64,000 nucleotides of DNA from Octopus bimaculoides (taxonomy: Eukaryota): contig NC_068991.1 in the NCBI RefSeq assembly GCF_001194135.2, forward strand, positions 42,338,950 through 42,402,949. Reading direction: 5' to 3'. The position numbers and the translations under genes are program-made. Position 1 is the first letter of the stretch, and every line of letters starts with the position of its first letter. The notes under the pieces were generated by a model. The model saw only the letters and a list, made by a program, of their open reading frames with translations, did not search any database and was not told where the DNA came from. Positions 35,887 through 50,791 of the stretch are shown in pieces.

Positions 35887-37292
35887 ATGTGAGAGAGAGA
35901 GAGAGAGGGAGAATGTGAATTCATTAAATGAATTATACTCTAAACCTTACTTATTGGTACAAATGATAAATGCTAGAGTCTGATATTTGCATAGATTTTT
36001 GTATGCATTTTTGTGTGCAGATCATCGCACACACATCCATACATACATACACTACAGACATATTCTGATATGCTCATATATGACTACATCTGTTTGTTTA
36101 GATGTGCGTGTGTTAGAGTATGTGTGTGTAATATGGTTCTTAGTGAGAACACCATATGAACATTCGGTAACAAAGAATAAGATGTAGCCACATGGATTGT
36201 AAAGTGCAGTTGTTCCTACCTCTGCCACACTTAGCATATGCTCTCATAAATGACGAAACTATGGAAGTGGTGGTTTTTACATCATCACATACACACATGA
36301 TACTTCAATGTCTGTAACAACAATGAGAACATCTAAAAAAAAAAAATTAAGAAAAATTTATTTTTAAATAATCTGCATAAAGAATTTGTTTAAGTGGAAC
36401 CGGCTTGCACAGAACCTATCCTACTCTTTTTTAATTGTGCAGCCTGGACTAATACACATGCATTACAGAGCACACACTAAAGGACACATACTAGAGAAGT
36501 GGCATCGCAACTCATTTCTACAGCTGAGTGAACTAGAGCAACGTGAATAAAGTGACTTGCTCAAGAACATAGCCCAGTCCAGGAATCAAACTCACTACCT
36601 CATGATTGTGAACTCAACACTCTAACCACTGAGCAAAAGGAAAACATTACTGTTGATCTCCCTTATTGTCAGAGTCAACATCATGGAAGTTTTTTGTGAC
36701 CAAAGTTTGTCAAATAATCTTTTCTATTATAGGTACAAGCCCTGAAATTTTAGTGGGACAGGGTAGTCAATTACATCAACCCTAGTGCTCAACTGGTACT
36801 TATTTCATCAACCAGAAAAGGATGAAAGACAAAGTCAACCTCTCTGAAATTTGAACTCAGTGCATAAAGCCAGAAGAAATGCAGCCAAGCATTTTATCCA
36901 GTGTTCTAACAATTCTACTACTTCCACACCTCAAATTTGTCTAATAATATCATATAGCTAAGCAGACTGCAGGCACAAAACAGATTTCACCGCCTGCTAT
37001 CATGGTTGAAAACGTTTTGATTAGATTTTCTCCTGCTTTGCCAATGTAGGACATACAACGCAATTTCTTGTAAGGTACTCTTCTGAACATTTTCAAGATA
37101 ATACTTGCCTATGTCCTCATTCACAGTTACTAGGTATTTAGTGAACCTATGTTAGTTTCCATCCAATTGTTCTTTAGATCTTGTGTGTGTGTTGTGACAC
37201 TTCTCAGTCACAGATTTTCATCAACTTTTTTCTCAGCAGGACAGTCCCTCAGTGATCAGTTTACCAGCCAAATAATATGATGCTTTGATCAT

Positions 37293-37566
37293 TATTTTTA
37301 TTTTATTTATGCGCCCTTTTAAAGCCTAGCGAGGCTCATGGACCCAACGCCAGTCCATTGCAGCTTTACTCAAGAAACAGGAAGAAAGAGTGAGAGAAAG
37401 TTGGGACGAAAGGGTACAACAGGGGTCGCCACCACCCCCTGCTGGAGCCTCGTGGAGCTTTAGGTGTTTTCGCTCAATAAACACACACAATGCCCGGTCT
37501 GGGAATCGAAACCGCGATTCTCCAACCGCGAGTCTGCTGCCCTAACCACTGGGCCATTGTGCCTCC
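37293..37566 (-). mobile_element. Young tRNA-derived SINE (family G) with target-site duplication
   Basis: Reverse complement head ggaggcacaatggcccagtggttagggcagcagactcgcgg..ggtttcgattcccagacc, CpG-rich, (AAAAT)n tail, and TSD gctttgatcat at 37282-37292 and 37567-37577. Confidence 0.85.
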
Positions 37567-37689
37567 GCTTTGATCATAGATCTCTTGAATAATGGTTGGC
37601 TTGGGCCAAAACAACAGCTAGAACAGCAGCAACAGCTTTGTTTATCTTCACCCCTCCTATCATCAAACACTTAAGAAACTTTAACATGG

Positions 37690-38430
37690 TTGCTTATTTC
37701 TCAACCTGTTAGAAATAGCAATCAAGTCTCCCTTCTGTCACATCTTGTCTCTTAGAAAAGGTCATATTGGATAATGTGGATCTGGATTCCCAGGGCACAG
37801 GGAAAAGATGAGAGGGTCACAGAATGTCTTTCATCATATGTACACATTAATCAGGGCTGAACAGCAACAGCAACAGAAGATACCTTTATGTGGTCACTGA
37901 GCCTGTAGAATTAATAGCTAATTCTTGTGAAAATCATAAGGGAAAGATACATTAGATAGCATAGTAGTTACGGATAACAATGTGCCTGATAAAAAAACAG
38001 TATAGCCTCTACTGGAACACTTTTGATCGTAGGTCAACACAATCAGTACTGACTTGCAGTTAAATAACAGCAACACAATTAAAGATCCATTAAGTGGTTG
38101 TTTGACATACTATAAATAGCAGCTAAATCTCCCTCAAAATCTCTTTAAAAAGGAAGGGTGTGTTAAATAAAGTTTTTGATACATTATATCTGAAAAAAGA
38201 TAAAAGATGAAATGTCAAAAGCCTATTTGAACATAGCCTCTTTAAATCAAGCAAATGATGTAACTTCTATGTTGTCACTTGACTTATTACAAATAGCAAC
38301 TAAACTTTCCTGAAATAACACCCTCCCATCCTTAGGTTTGGGATACACTATTCTTGAAACAACAAATAAAAATGAGGGAATAGTCACCAACAAAATGCTT
38401 TTGATTATACATCTACTTCATCAGAGTTCA
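37690..38430 (+). repeat. Tandem array of about 4 diverged ~190-bp units (family E)
   Basis: Recurring gaaatagcagc.aaatctccctcaaa..cattggataatg..tttgatcatag..aacaacagc units. Dispersed copies near 39125-39220, 51330-51425 and 63490-63675. Confidence 0.55.
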
Positions 38431-38801
38431 TTGTGGGTTTAAATTACAGTGAAGTACTTTATCCAGTGAGTCATTCTCTATGTCAAAGATGGTAGGATGA
38501 GATTTGGCTGCTATTTTTAGCAAGTTAAGCAACCATGTTGAAGCATTCTTGGTTACTTGCAACAATTGTTATTGTTGGTTGTAAAGATGGCCAACAACAA
38601 CGATTGTTACTGTCCTAGCTCATCCCTGACAGTTATGTTGCCCCAGGCAATCTGGAATTGAGTAAACCTACAAGCATATGCTGTTATTGTGTCTGAAAAG
38701 ATCAGAACATAGTTGGAATATCTTTGACCATAGGTTTACTTAATCAGATATAATTTGAGACTCCTCTTACATTGCCCTCAACAATGTGGGAGTCTTTACA
38801 T

Positions 38802-39123
38802 CAGTGGTTCTCAACCATTTTTTGCCTATGGACCCCTCTGATTACTATTGTATTCCGGTGGACCCACAAAGCCTTTTGATGTGTAAAAACTAGTTTTATA
38901 GACACTCTTTTCCTAAATTCCTATTTTGTTTTTCACACATTAACTTATGTAATTCGAACTATGTAAAACAATGGAGAAAGAAACCTAGCTGTTTCTTGCA
39001 ATTTTTTTCATGGACCCTTAAAATACTACTGTGGATCCCCAATTTATTATTTTGCTTGCATGGACCCTCAGAAGTCTAACACAATTCCCCAAGGGTCATA
39101 TGGACCCTGGTTGAGAACCACTA
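38802..39123. mobile_element. hAT-Charlie-like MITE (322 bp)
   Basis: TIR cagtggttctcaacc / ggttgagaaccacta and a perfect 8-bp TSD ctttacat. A related right end lies at about 28529-28571. Confidence 0.9.
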
Positions 39124-39339
39124 CTTTACATGATCATTCAACCTGCTGAAATAACTGCTAAATCTCCCTCAAATTACACACTTACCAGCTTAAACAAGAA
39201 ATGACTAATTAGACTAATTGCATCTGAATTCTTTTATGGCAATATTTCATGGGCAAATAAGAGAAAAAGTGATAATTTGAAAGGTTTCTAACCTTTTTAA
39301 TGTTTCAATAATAATTTATTAGTAGGTGGCCTTAATTAG

Positions 39340-39555
39340 CCCTTTAGCATTCAGATTATTCTGTTAAATGTAGTGCTTATTTATCTACATTGATTTGAGA
39401 TAATCATGCATTATCTTGTATTTTCAAGATTTTAATGTGACTGCTTATTTTTAGAATGATGTTATAGGTATGTGCGAGATACCAGATCTGGGTAGTTTGA
39501 ACATAAAGTAGGTAGATTATTTTGGTCAGATATGGCTGGTTTAAACACTAAACGG
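39340..39555. mobile_element. piggyBac-like MITE
   Basis: ccctttagcatt..ctaaacgg ends with TTAA-like flanks. Same family as 44883-45099 and 63684-63903. Confidence 0.65.
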
Positions 39556-40163
39556 TAAACAACAAAATAAAACTTATCACCTGTGACTTTTTCTTACCTG
39601 TATCTACTGGGAAATTAAATGCTGGTAGACTGTTCAGCTGTGGAGAAGACCTGCTGGGAAAATAATTTTCATCATCATTGCCAGTTTTATAATGGTCTTT
39701 TTCAATGAAGCATGGAAAAAGAAAATCATCATCATCATCAACATTTAATGTCTGTTTTCCATGCTGGCATGGGTTGGATAGCTTGACAGGAACTGGCAAG
39801 GCCAGGCACTGCACAGGTTCCATGGTCTGTTTTGGCTTCGTTCTTATGGCTGGATGCCCTTCCTAATGCCAACCATTCCACAAAGTGTACTGGGTGCTTT
39901 TTATGTGGCATCTTCACCATTGTTTGAAGATTTGTCATCTTTGTTAAGTTCAGTATCTTAAGGTCAGTTAAACATGTCTTCGTGGAAGATTGGAAATGAA
40001 TGACATGTATGATGGTAACATCATACAAGTTGTCACACAATATTTTACAACTATTACGTGATGTCAAAATAAAGATGCACAGTCACTCACACACACACAC
40101 ACCTTGGGCAAGTGCCTTGTGAGTGGATTTAGTAGATGGTAACTGAAAGAAGCCTATCGTATG

Positions 40164-40204
<41 letters not shown>

Positions 40205-41522
40205 TTGTGCGTTTATGTCTGTGTTTATCCCTCTACCATTGCTTGACAACTGATGCTGGTGTGTTTACATCCCTGTAATTTAGCAGTTCAGCAAAAGAGA
40301 CTGATAGAATAAGTACCATGCTTACAAAGAATAAGTCCAGGGATCGATTTCTTCAACTAAAAGCAGTGCCCCAGCATGGCCACAGTCAAAATGACTGAAA
40401 CAAGTAAAAGAATAAAAGAATACTGTCGTGTCTATTTCTTTTCCTTAAAAAACATTTTTATCTTTCCATTAATCACTTCTTGCTTTCTCTTCTGTCAAAA
40501 CTTCAGCAACAACTTTTGACAGTTTGTCATAGATTTAATGTTATTTTGTTATTTTCCATTGTTTATATATTCATTTATTTATTTATTTATTTATTTGTGG
40601 ACATTTACCTGCACACTAACTTACTCTTTTAACTCATCAACTTCCAGTTTGCTAACAGCATCTTTCTACATGACTTGCACACCTTGCATACCCTGCACAA
40701 GTCATTTATCTATACCTAGTTGTCTTAGAGACAACTATACTGCAATGCATAGTATCTTGTTAAAGATCTTTTCCAGATCAATGAACACTAAGGCTTACTC
40801 TTACCTTAGAACATCTCTTAAAGTTGTTTCATAAGAAACAGGACATCAGTAGTGTCCCATCTTGGCATGTACCTGAACTACATCTCGTCTAATCTAATTC
40901 TGTTCTTAATCAGTTGTGCTATCACTCTTTCTGTTTATTTCATATCCTGGTCCGTTTGTTTGATACTTTAAAAAGCAGTTGGAAAATGCTGGTTAAGAAA
41001 AGTTATATAACTGTTTGCACATACGTGTGAAAATGTGTGTGTGAGAGAAAGAGAGAGAGAGAGAGAGAGAATCAAAAATACATACACACTCACATGGGCA
41101 CAATTGAAATGATAAATGTAACACAGTAACAAGTGGATAGAATATTTGAAATTTAAACCATTCATGCAATGAATGCACATTGTGTCTATTGCCCTACAAA
41201 TCAAATGATCATTTTTCTTTGCCCTCATTGCACAATGTTCTGAAAAGAGCATGATGTGAGACGGCATGTAATTCTAGGTCTCTATTGCAACTTGTCCACT
41301 GTTTTACTGTCCACTTTTCCATGTTCACATGGGTCAGATGAAACTTGTCGAGGCAGATTTCCTATGGCCAAATGTCCTTCCTGTTTTTCGACTCTCACCT
41401 GTTTTCCCATGGTTGGGCATGTTTCCACAGAAGAGTTGAAATGAAGGACACCACTTATACAATAGCAAAGTTCATTTATGACTATCAGACAATGTCAAAG
41501 TGAGGAGGCACAAACATGCATG

Positions 41523-41565
<43 letters not shown>

Positions 41566-41617
41566 GATTAGTAAAGTTAGTAGAGTGATGTACAAAATGG
41601 CTTGTGGCATTAAAATA

Positions 41618-41665
<48 letters not shown>

Positions 41666-43808
41666 AAAGTCATTGAGCTGGCAGAATGGTTAGCATGCCG
41701 GGCAAAATACTTATCAATATTTTGCTTGTCACTATGTTCTGAGTTCAAATTCTGCTGAGGGCAACTTTGCCTTTCATCCTTTCAGGGTCAATAAATTAAG
41801 TACCAGTGAAACACTGGGGGTCAATGTAATCGACGTAGCCTCTCCCTGCCAAAATGGTTGCCTTTGTGGCAAAATTTGAAACCATTATTATTATCATCAC
41901 CAAGGTGGCAGGCTGGCAGAATTAGTAGTGTGTTGGACAAAATGTTTCATGGCATTTCTTCCAGCTTTTTATATTCTCAGTTCAAATACCACTGATGTTA
42001 ACATTGCCTTTCATCCTTTTGGGCTCAGTAAAATGAAGTACCAGTCAAGTATTGAAGTTGATGTAATCAACTTCCCCTCCATTCAAAATTCTGGCCTTGA
42101 AAGTATTAATATAATTTAGTTGTTGTTGTTACTGCTGCTACTACTACTGCTGTTGTTTTCTATGATTTTAACAAAATCATAGAAAGCATGCCATAATCAT
42201 TTCTTAAAATTACTGGCCTGAATTAGCTGTCAAACTGAAAGCATTATGTATTTCTAATTAATCTCTCAAGAAATTAAGTGACATGTACTGAAGTGTCCAT
42301 GCTGCTGCTATTGAAATATGAAATATGTGCCGAGTCAAAGAGGGTTGGGCAGTGATAATGAGCAATATTCTTGAATTGAGATAAACCAAGAAATATATAA
42401 TGAGGTTAGATATTAGAATGTTGGCCCTCCCAAATGAGATGACACAAACTTGAAATGGATGGACAGAAGGCATAAAACTGTACAATACATGGATGGATTC
42501 CAATATGATATGGATAATTAAATAATATTTGTGTTAACAAGCTCCATTAGCAATCAATATAAATATTATGAATTAACAAAATACAAAAACATTGCTAAAA
42601 GTTCTGTAAGTTATAACTGTTTATATGGAAGAATAGATTTTCTTGTTCATTACATTAATCTTTCTGCTGCTTTGATTGCAAAGATGATATCTTACTGAAT
42701 ATATGTAGCATAATAAATGGAATATTGGTATCTATTTTTTTAAAATTCTATTTTTAATTGAATGTTTGTCTAATTTTCCTGAAGAGTTGCTTACAATGAG
42801 TCATTGTTAAAGAAGTGTGTTTTTTCTGATTTTGTTGACCTCATATATTATGAGAATTGACTCAGTTTTTTTTTTCCTTTTTCTAATGCTGGTGGTGTTG
42901 GTGGTGGTAGTGGATGAATAACTGTGTTAGCATTTAATGTTATGTTTGATATTTCCTTGGAATGTAGCTCTTAGGCTGCTGGTTCACAGAAGATCACTGT
43001 GTTTTAGTTTTTCATTAATTCTAATGTATTTATTTAGTAGTAAAACTCCTGTTGTGTGAAATCAAATGTAAGCAAATTGATGTATACGCAGCTGCTAGAG
43101 TTTAATGACTTTGAAACTGTGATAGTCAACTCTTGTTATTCTTTTAAGAACTAAAAAGGAAAAATCATTGCATTAATGTAGGATAAAACAATACATTAAT
43201 TGAACCATTGAGAAATCTAGAGTCAAGAAAATAACTTCTACTAAATGTTTGACCTGCCACCCTACTTCCCAATATCCAGTTTGATCTCCCCATCTAAAAA
43301 TATAGTTTAAAGTGCATAAAGGACATGACTACACTCCATAATTCATTGGGTTGTCAGTGAAACATCCTCTTTCATCCTCTTCATCTTTTTATAGGACATT
43401 GGCAGCTGTCTCTCATCCTCCTCCTCTCAACACTATGCTTATAAGAGAATTTGATACACTAGTACAGCTTAGCAAAACATCAATTTTAAAGTGTTAACAT
43501 GGCTTACAGTGCTAGAACTGTGCCTATTCTTTGTACTTATTGACAGAATGAGTTGGTCGGTGTTATTGTCACTCAAATTCATTAGAATTTTCAGCATCCT
43601 TAGGTCTTTTCTTTTGTATTTTCTTTTTCTTGTGAGTATAAGTGCAGGTGTGGCTGTGTGGTAAGAAGCTTGCTTACCAACAACATGGTTCCGGGTTCAG
43701 TCCCACTGCATGACACCTTGAGCAAGTGTCATCTACTATAGCCTTGAGTTGACCAAAACCTTGTGAGTGGATTTGGTAAACAGAAATTGAAAGAAGCCTG
43801 CTATAATA

Positions 43809-43852
<44 letters not shown>

Positions 43853-44882
43853 GTGTATATCTGTGTTTGTCCTCCATCACTGCTTGATAACTGGTGTTGG
43901 TACGTTTACTTCTCCATAACTTAGCAGTTCAGCAAAAGAGACCACTAGAATAGATACCAGGCTTTAAAAAACATAAAGGCTGGTTTTGATTTATTCCACT
44001 AAAAAATTCAAGGCGATGCCCCAACATAGCCATAGTCTAATGACTGAAACAGATAAAAGAAATAAAGGATTTCTTAATTTTTTTTTATTCATATTTACAC
44101 TAGTTTTATTGACTTAGACAGCTGAGCAGTTAAAAGAGTGTATGATAAGAATTAACTGATGTTTTTGCCATTTTACCAGAATTATAGCACAAGTGAATCC
44201 AGTTCACAAAGTTTAATAATCATTAATTATCATTATCTTCATCATCATCATTTAGCATTTGTTTTCCATGCTGGTATGGGTTGGACAGTTTGACAGGAAT
44301 TGGCCAGCTGTCCGGGCCCATGTCTGTTTTGGTATGGTTTCCTAATGCCAACCACTTTATAATAGAATATACTGGGTGCTTTTATGCAGCACTGGTACTG
44401 GTACTTTTACATGCCACCAGTACGGGTGGTTTTTACATGGCTCTGGCACCCACAAGCCCACAGGATTAGGAATGCTCAGCTGAAGAGGGATGCAGGCGAC
44501 ATGTGTCTGTGCAAGGACAATTACATTTTTACTTAGCTTGGTGTGTCTCCTCAAGCACAGCAAACCACCAGGAGTCTCAGTGGCCTGTCATTCCCTCTGC
44601 AAAGCCCAACATCTGAAGATCCTTTCTCACTACTTCAACCAACGTCTTCCTGTGTCTACCCCTTCCACATGTTCCCTCCATAGGCACAAGGCCTGAAATT
44701 TTGAGGAAGGGACCTAATGAATTACATTGGCCTGTGTCTGACAGGTACCTATTTCATCAACTTCAAAAGGATGAATGGCAAAGTCAATCTCAGCAGAATT
44801 TGAACTCAGAACATATAGCCAGAAGAAATACTGCTAAGCATTTTGTTCGGCATGCTAACAATTCTATCAGCTCACTGCCCTA

Positions 44883-45099
44883 TAGCATTTAAATTGGCCA
44901 TATCTGGCCAACATACTCTACCTTTTTTTTATGTTCAAACTGGCCAGATTTGGCCTTTCACACATACCCTACAATGTCATTCTAAAAATAAATAATCACA
45001 TCATCAAAATCTCAAAGGTTCAAGATAATGCCTGATTAATTCAAAACAATGTGAATAAATAAGCATTACATTTGACAGAATAATCTGAATACCAAAGGA
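44883..45099. mobile_element. piggyBac-like MITE (same family)
   Basis: Interior matches 63684-63903 and ends aatctgaataccaaagga-ttaa. Confidence 0.65.
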
Positions 45100-48000
45100 T
45101 TAATAAAATAAAACCATAAACTAGCTTCATGAAAGTGTTAAGAGTCTACTGACTGAAGGGTTTTAATCTTTACCCATCACTGACACTGCACTGAGAGTTG
45201 TCACTGGTAAGGTACACTATAATTAATGGGGGTTTCATAAGATTTTGATGTTGGATTGAAATCTTCAACCATTTCTAAAAGTTGCACACTCATGTATGTC
45301 AGTCAGACTAATCACCCAACAATAGATATTGTTCACTAGGAAAAGTAAACTAATTAACTTCATTTGTCATTTTTGTTTAAGATAAATGAAATGTTTTGTT
45401 TTAATAAGGCTGAAATGTCCTATTTTTGGAGCTGAATGGAAGTTGTGGCATGCATGCTTTTCCCATCGCCATTTGCTAGCATAAGTGAAGTAAAATAGCA
45501 ACAGCTTGGAAATGAACTCTTAACATGAATTTGACCCACTTGAAACAAAGCTTATACTGTACAGCAATTAGCAAAATTAGAGTAGAAGCTTCCATGTTCT
45601 AGTACTGACATAGATCCCTCATTAAGAAAATTTTAAAGGAAACAGTAAAAATATGGAATTACCTGTAAATTGTATGTGTGAAAGAGAGAGAGGATGAAAG
45701 CAAAAGAGAGAGCTAAGGGTGTTTTTCTAGTGTAATACTTTTTCATTTTCAGTTGGAAATATTTTAGATGTCAATGTGATCTTTTCTCCCATCAAGGTCA
45801 ATAAACTAGTAATTGTTGGGGTACAGTTTGAGAGAAGAGGAGAGGGGGATCTTGTCCCTACATTTAGATCTTAGTTAGTGAAAGTAGAATATTCATGGCT
45901 TTATTTAAAATTTGTTATGTGAATTTCCTGTTTAAAAGAGAGAATAATGTTATGACCTTAACCCCTAATGTAAGTATCATGAGACTATTAAGGATTGCCG
46001 TGTGCAACCCTGGTTATCTCATATGAGGAAGTTTTTATAGTATAGTTTATACTGGACTATGTGCCTGTGAATAATTAAGGAATCCTGCAACCAGGACATG
46101 CAAAGATAAGATGTCTTTTGTATCCAGTTTGGGTCTAAGTTCAAATTCGCTGGTTGATCAGTCATACCCATCCTATAGTTATTGTAAGATGTGACATCTC
46201 AACATTTAGAAGAAAAGGAAAATGGAAGCTTTATATTTAAAGTTGGCAGGAAATTTGGCTGTGACATTAAGGGATGAAGAGACTAAAATATCCCTTATTG
46301 ATTCAGTGTATAAGTGTTTTCAGGTGATGGAAAAAATGGTGGAGATGGTGGTTGTCGGGGTCAGAGTGGAATCCTTATTTTACCAGGTTTAACAAATGCT
46401 TTTTGGCTCAGTACTTCATGTATATAGTTATTATTTCTATCTATTAATATCTGTTGAAAAACATAAGAGATTTTTCCAAGATATTTCCTATGCAAATATT
46501 GCAAAATATATTGTACCAAAATTGTTGAGTGAATTTTAAAAATGAAATATAACTATATCCAAAGAGTTATTTCTAAATATTCAAGCAATATATGTTCTTT
46601 GAATTTTGGTTTATTTCCAAAATTTTTGATAGCTTTTGTTTTAATGATTTGATAAACATTTAATGAAAGAGTGTACTGAGTGTGTCAGTCATGGCACCAT
46701 TGCTTGAAAAGTTATTTTAGCCTAATAATAGATTTTTTCACACCATATCAGTTTTGTTTCAGAATTTCTGCTCTTTTAGGTTCCATTGACTTTAATATAT
46801 GGAGCCATTTTTCTGCTGATTCTCAATCGAGACAATGTCTAGTAATAATGGTATCTACTGAACTCATCCAGTTCAGACAAATTCTAACTTTGTCACCTCC
46901 ATCACTATTTCAAAGTAATATTTGCAATATGAAATGCAATAATGATTATTTACAATATTTATTTCATCAAACTATATAGAAGGGAAATATCTAAACAAAA
47001 TTAATCTGTAAATAAACCTTTTCAGACTATTATCTACACTCTTGCTTTCACAAATGCATTTCAATCAGTTTTATTGACAACTATGATATATAAGATTGTC
47101 CCAAGTGGGATCTGAGCTAGAACCTGTATATTTAAAAAAAAATAGTATTAACATCCTAATATGAATAACTGACCCAAGAAGCATTTATTAAACCTGGTAA
47201 ATCATTGGTGTATGTAGAATTATTATTTTTTCTGTGCAGGCATCCATGTTGAGTTGAAGTCAGTACTTATTTTCTTGATTGGGTTATCTGTAAGAGTTAT
47301 GTGTATTGTATCTTTGATTTTTTTCCAAATTTCCCAATGTGGTTCCCTATCCGTAATTGAAATTTCTTACCATAATGATGTGTGGTTTTCTTTTCCACAT
47401 CCTATATATTCAGACATTCCCTCATTTTGATACTTTGAAAAGCTTTAATGAAAGAGGAAATACCAAAATAAGGAATGGTGCCAAAAGGGAGATCATATGA
47501 CATTATGAAAGGAAATTTCCCGTATAGATAAAGAATTACAGTGGAAACTCAGAAGGCAGTCCATGTAGCTCATAATAATGACTCAATCAGAAAAATCAGC
47601 ACTGAATTTAGTTCAAGATATATTTGCCATTATTAAATAACTGTTCTTCGTTATCCATCAAACACACCAAGAATTCTTTAGGGATGCTAATACAGATTCC
47701 AAATTCAAATCAACCTGGAACAATATACATTATCAGCAATAGGATGCATGATAACAATTGGAGATTAAATTCATTGAAATATTGCATAAACAGAAACACT
47801 GTTGATATGATTAATGATACAGAAAAGTTTAATTATTGGAATAACTTGACTCTGAAGTTGAGATATATAATCAAAGTTATTTTTAATAGCACTGTTTTAG
47901 AAAGAATACCAATTTCCATAATTATTTGTGTGTGTTGTCTTTTCTTTTTTACACTTTTTTAAAAATATGACTTTTTGTTACTGGAACAGTTTGCCTGAAT

Positions 48001-50729
48001 GAGTATTCTCCTTGTTTAAATTATTTAATTCCTTTACAATTTTTTTCTTTTTATGATGTTTCTAAGAATAGGACAAAAATCATATTGACAATATTGATTA
48101 CTTAATTAAGCATGCACCTTATAATGCAAATAGAGTTTTAAAAGTTATATTATTAGCATTGATTTATTTAGCAGAATAAGAAGTGAACTTGTGGCAGGTC
48201 AAGTTCATGACACAGTTTAAATTCACCACGTTAGCTACATTTTCATTTAAATCACTAATATCCTAAGGAATGGCAAAGATATCACAAGTTCCTATTCCAT
48301 TCTAGTGCTTAAATAAAAAAATCAATATTGATTTTTTAAATTAGACATTCATTTTTTGGGCAAACATAGTTACATTTCTTGCTTTAAGAGAAAACTCTAC
48401 CTTCTACAACAGGATTTAAACACAAAACTTACAACACAGGTGTCCTGTAAGGCATTTGTACCACATATTGTCTCAATATCAATAAAAGAATCATATTTCA
48501 AACTGATTGCATATATCTCATTACTATTGCTCCTATGCTTATCTTCAACCTCCTCATGGATTTAAAGGTTTTTTGTTATTCTTTCCTCACGAACAACATT
48601 TTCCATTATTGTATTGGGTGACAGGGCCTTCTCATATTACATAGCTTTCCAGATGCCTTCTTTCTGATTTTACTTTTTCAGGTTCATTGCACTGCCAAAT
48701 AATCCTCCTTTAAATTTTTGTCATAGTATCTGCAATCAAACACATTAGCTCATAATTTACCTTAAATGCTAATATAAAAGACTAGACATTTTTGTTTTGT
48801 TTTCCTTTAACAATATATATCAAAATGTTAGTTGTGAAGAATATTCATGAACAATGTAAGACATGGTGTACTGTGATGTGATCTATGCACTGATAAATAC
48901 AATACAATGAGATTTAACTTTGTGTTTCTTCATGATGTGGTTACTGTCAAGTCTTTACCGAAATCCAAACCAGATGGAATATAAGTATATATGTAATCAG
49001 TTACATGATATCATGGAGATCATATGACATACTGAGGGTTAATAACCTTTGATATATTCTGGAGATCAAGGTGGCGAGTTGGCAGAAACGTTAGCATGCC
49101 AGGTGAAATGCTTAGCAGTATTTTGTCTGTCTTTACGACCTGAGTTCAAATTCCGCCAAGGTCGACTTTGCCTTTATCCTTTCAGGGATATCCTTTAAGT
49201 ACCAGTTGCATACTGGGTCGATCTAATCGACTGGCCCTCTCCCCCAAAATTTCAGGCCTTGTGCCTAGATTAGAAAAGGATATATTCTGGGGACCTGCTT
49301 TAACATTTTTACAAAGAGAAGGGGCTGCGGAATTTCAGTACAAGTTACACTTTTACACAAGTTACTTCATAAACCTGTCTGAATGAAACATTTTTATAAC
49401 TCGAGAACTGTCTGAATTTTGATAATTTTGAAATGTCTACCAATGGCAGTGGAGAGGCTCTTATTCCCTCTTTTAATTTTTTAATTTTAAAAGCTTAAAT
49501 TTTTAATTAATTTAAATTTTTTAACACAAAATAATTTTTTTTATTTACAAATTAATTTGGTTTTTTTTTTTTTTGTGATTATTATGAGAGTGCCTTTAGA
49601 TCTTTTAACTTGTTTTTCTTTAGAGCATGTAGTTATGTTTGTTAAAAGCAAATGTTATCATGTGAGAGAAAATTATCATGAGTTGAGTAAATACACATTT
49701 TTGTGGAAGTGTATAACATGGACCCATTTGATTTGTATTTTATCATTTGCATCTTGGTGGGGAAAGCATGAACACAAGACCTTTTTCTTTGTTCATCTGA
49801 AGACGTCAATGAGATTAACCAACCAGAGGTGTGTACTACTGATTGCAAAATCAAACTAAATTATTCCTACTCCTTGATGGAAATAATTCAGGGTGTGTTT
49901 GTATAAGCTTATTTATAAATATATTTTTATGCGTAAGTGTATTCATATATATTTATGCAGGTTCATATGCATCTGTATCTTTGCTTGTGTTTATCAATGT
50001 TTCTGCATATACATATTAAAGAGTATGTGTATGAACAGACATTAGAGCACAAGTATATCTGTCAATGCAAATTAATGTGTTTATTCTTCATGAGTGGTTT
50101 TTATTATAGCATCAAATGTTAGTGCCGCCACTGTGTTAGTACAAATATTTTAAGATGAGTCAACAGTGAAGATACAATCTGTTGAAAAGTCTGTAAGAGT
50201 AAACTACTAACGTGTACAACCTGTCAATGGCAAACTAAAACTGAATAAACACCTGTTGACAAGGAAAGTCAGCTAGTACTGAATATAAAATGCTTCCTGT
50301 AATTTTCTTTAATTTCCAATTTTTTTGTTTTCTGCTAGTCCAAGAAGTGGTAGTTGTGTAGTTAAAGTGGTTGACTTAGTAACCTACCTCATCATAAAGT
50401 TAAACTCTTTACTCTATAGGTGTTGACTCTTTAGACTCATTACTATGTTTGGTGTTATGTAAATTTTATAAGTCCGTTTACTTTAAACATCTTGGTGAAA
50501 TAATTAGAGTGATGGCCCAGTCACTAAAATGTTCAACTTTGTGTATGTAACTTATATCTCATTATTCTTGAATCAAATTCCACCAGTGCTGACTTTCTCA
50601 GGATCATTAAAGTAGATATCAGAAAGATACTACAGTCATTTCAATTGACTATATATATATATATATATATATATAGTCAATATAAATTGATTTTAATTGA
50701 GTTTTTACCTGTAATTTTGGATTTTGTCC

Positions 50730-50791
<62 letters not shown>

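Noticed and set aside
37500-37566. tRNA-like sequences (also heads of families A, B and D)
   Set aside because: They continue into SINE bodies with tails and a TSD and lack a complete acceptor stem, so they are SINE heads, not tRNA genes.
47624-47962. 112-aa ORF and neighbouring stop-interrupted frames as a possible pseudogene
   Set aside because: No recognisable domain motif. The region is better described by its inverted self-similarity.
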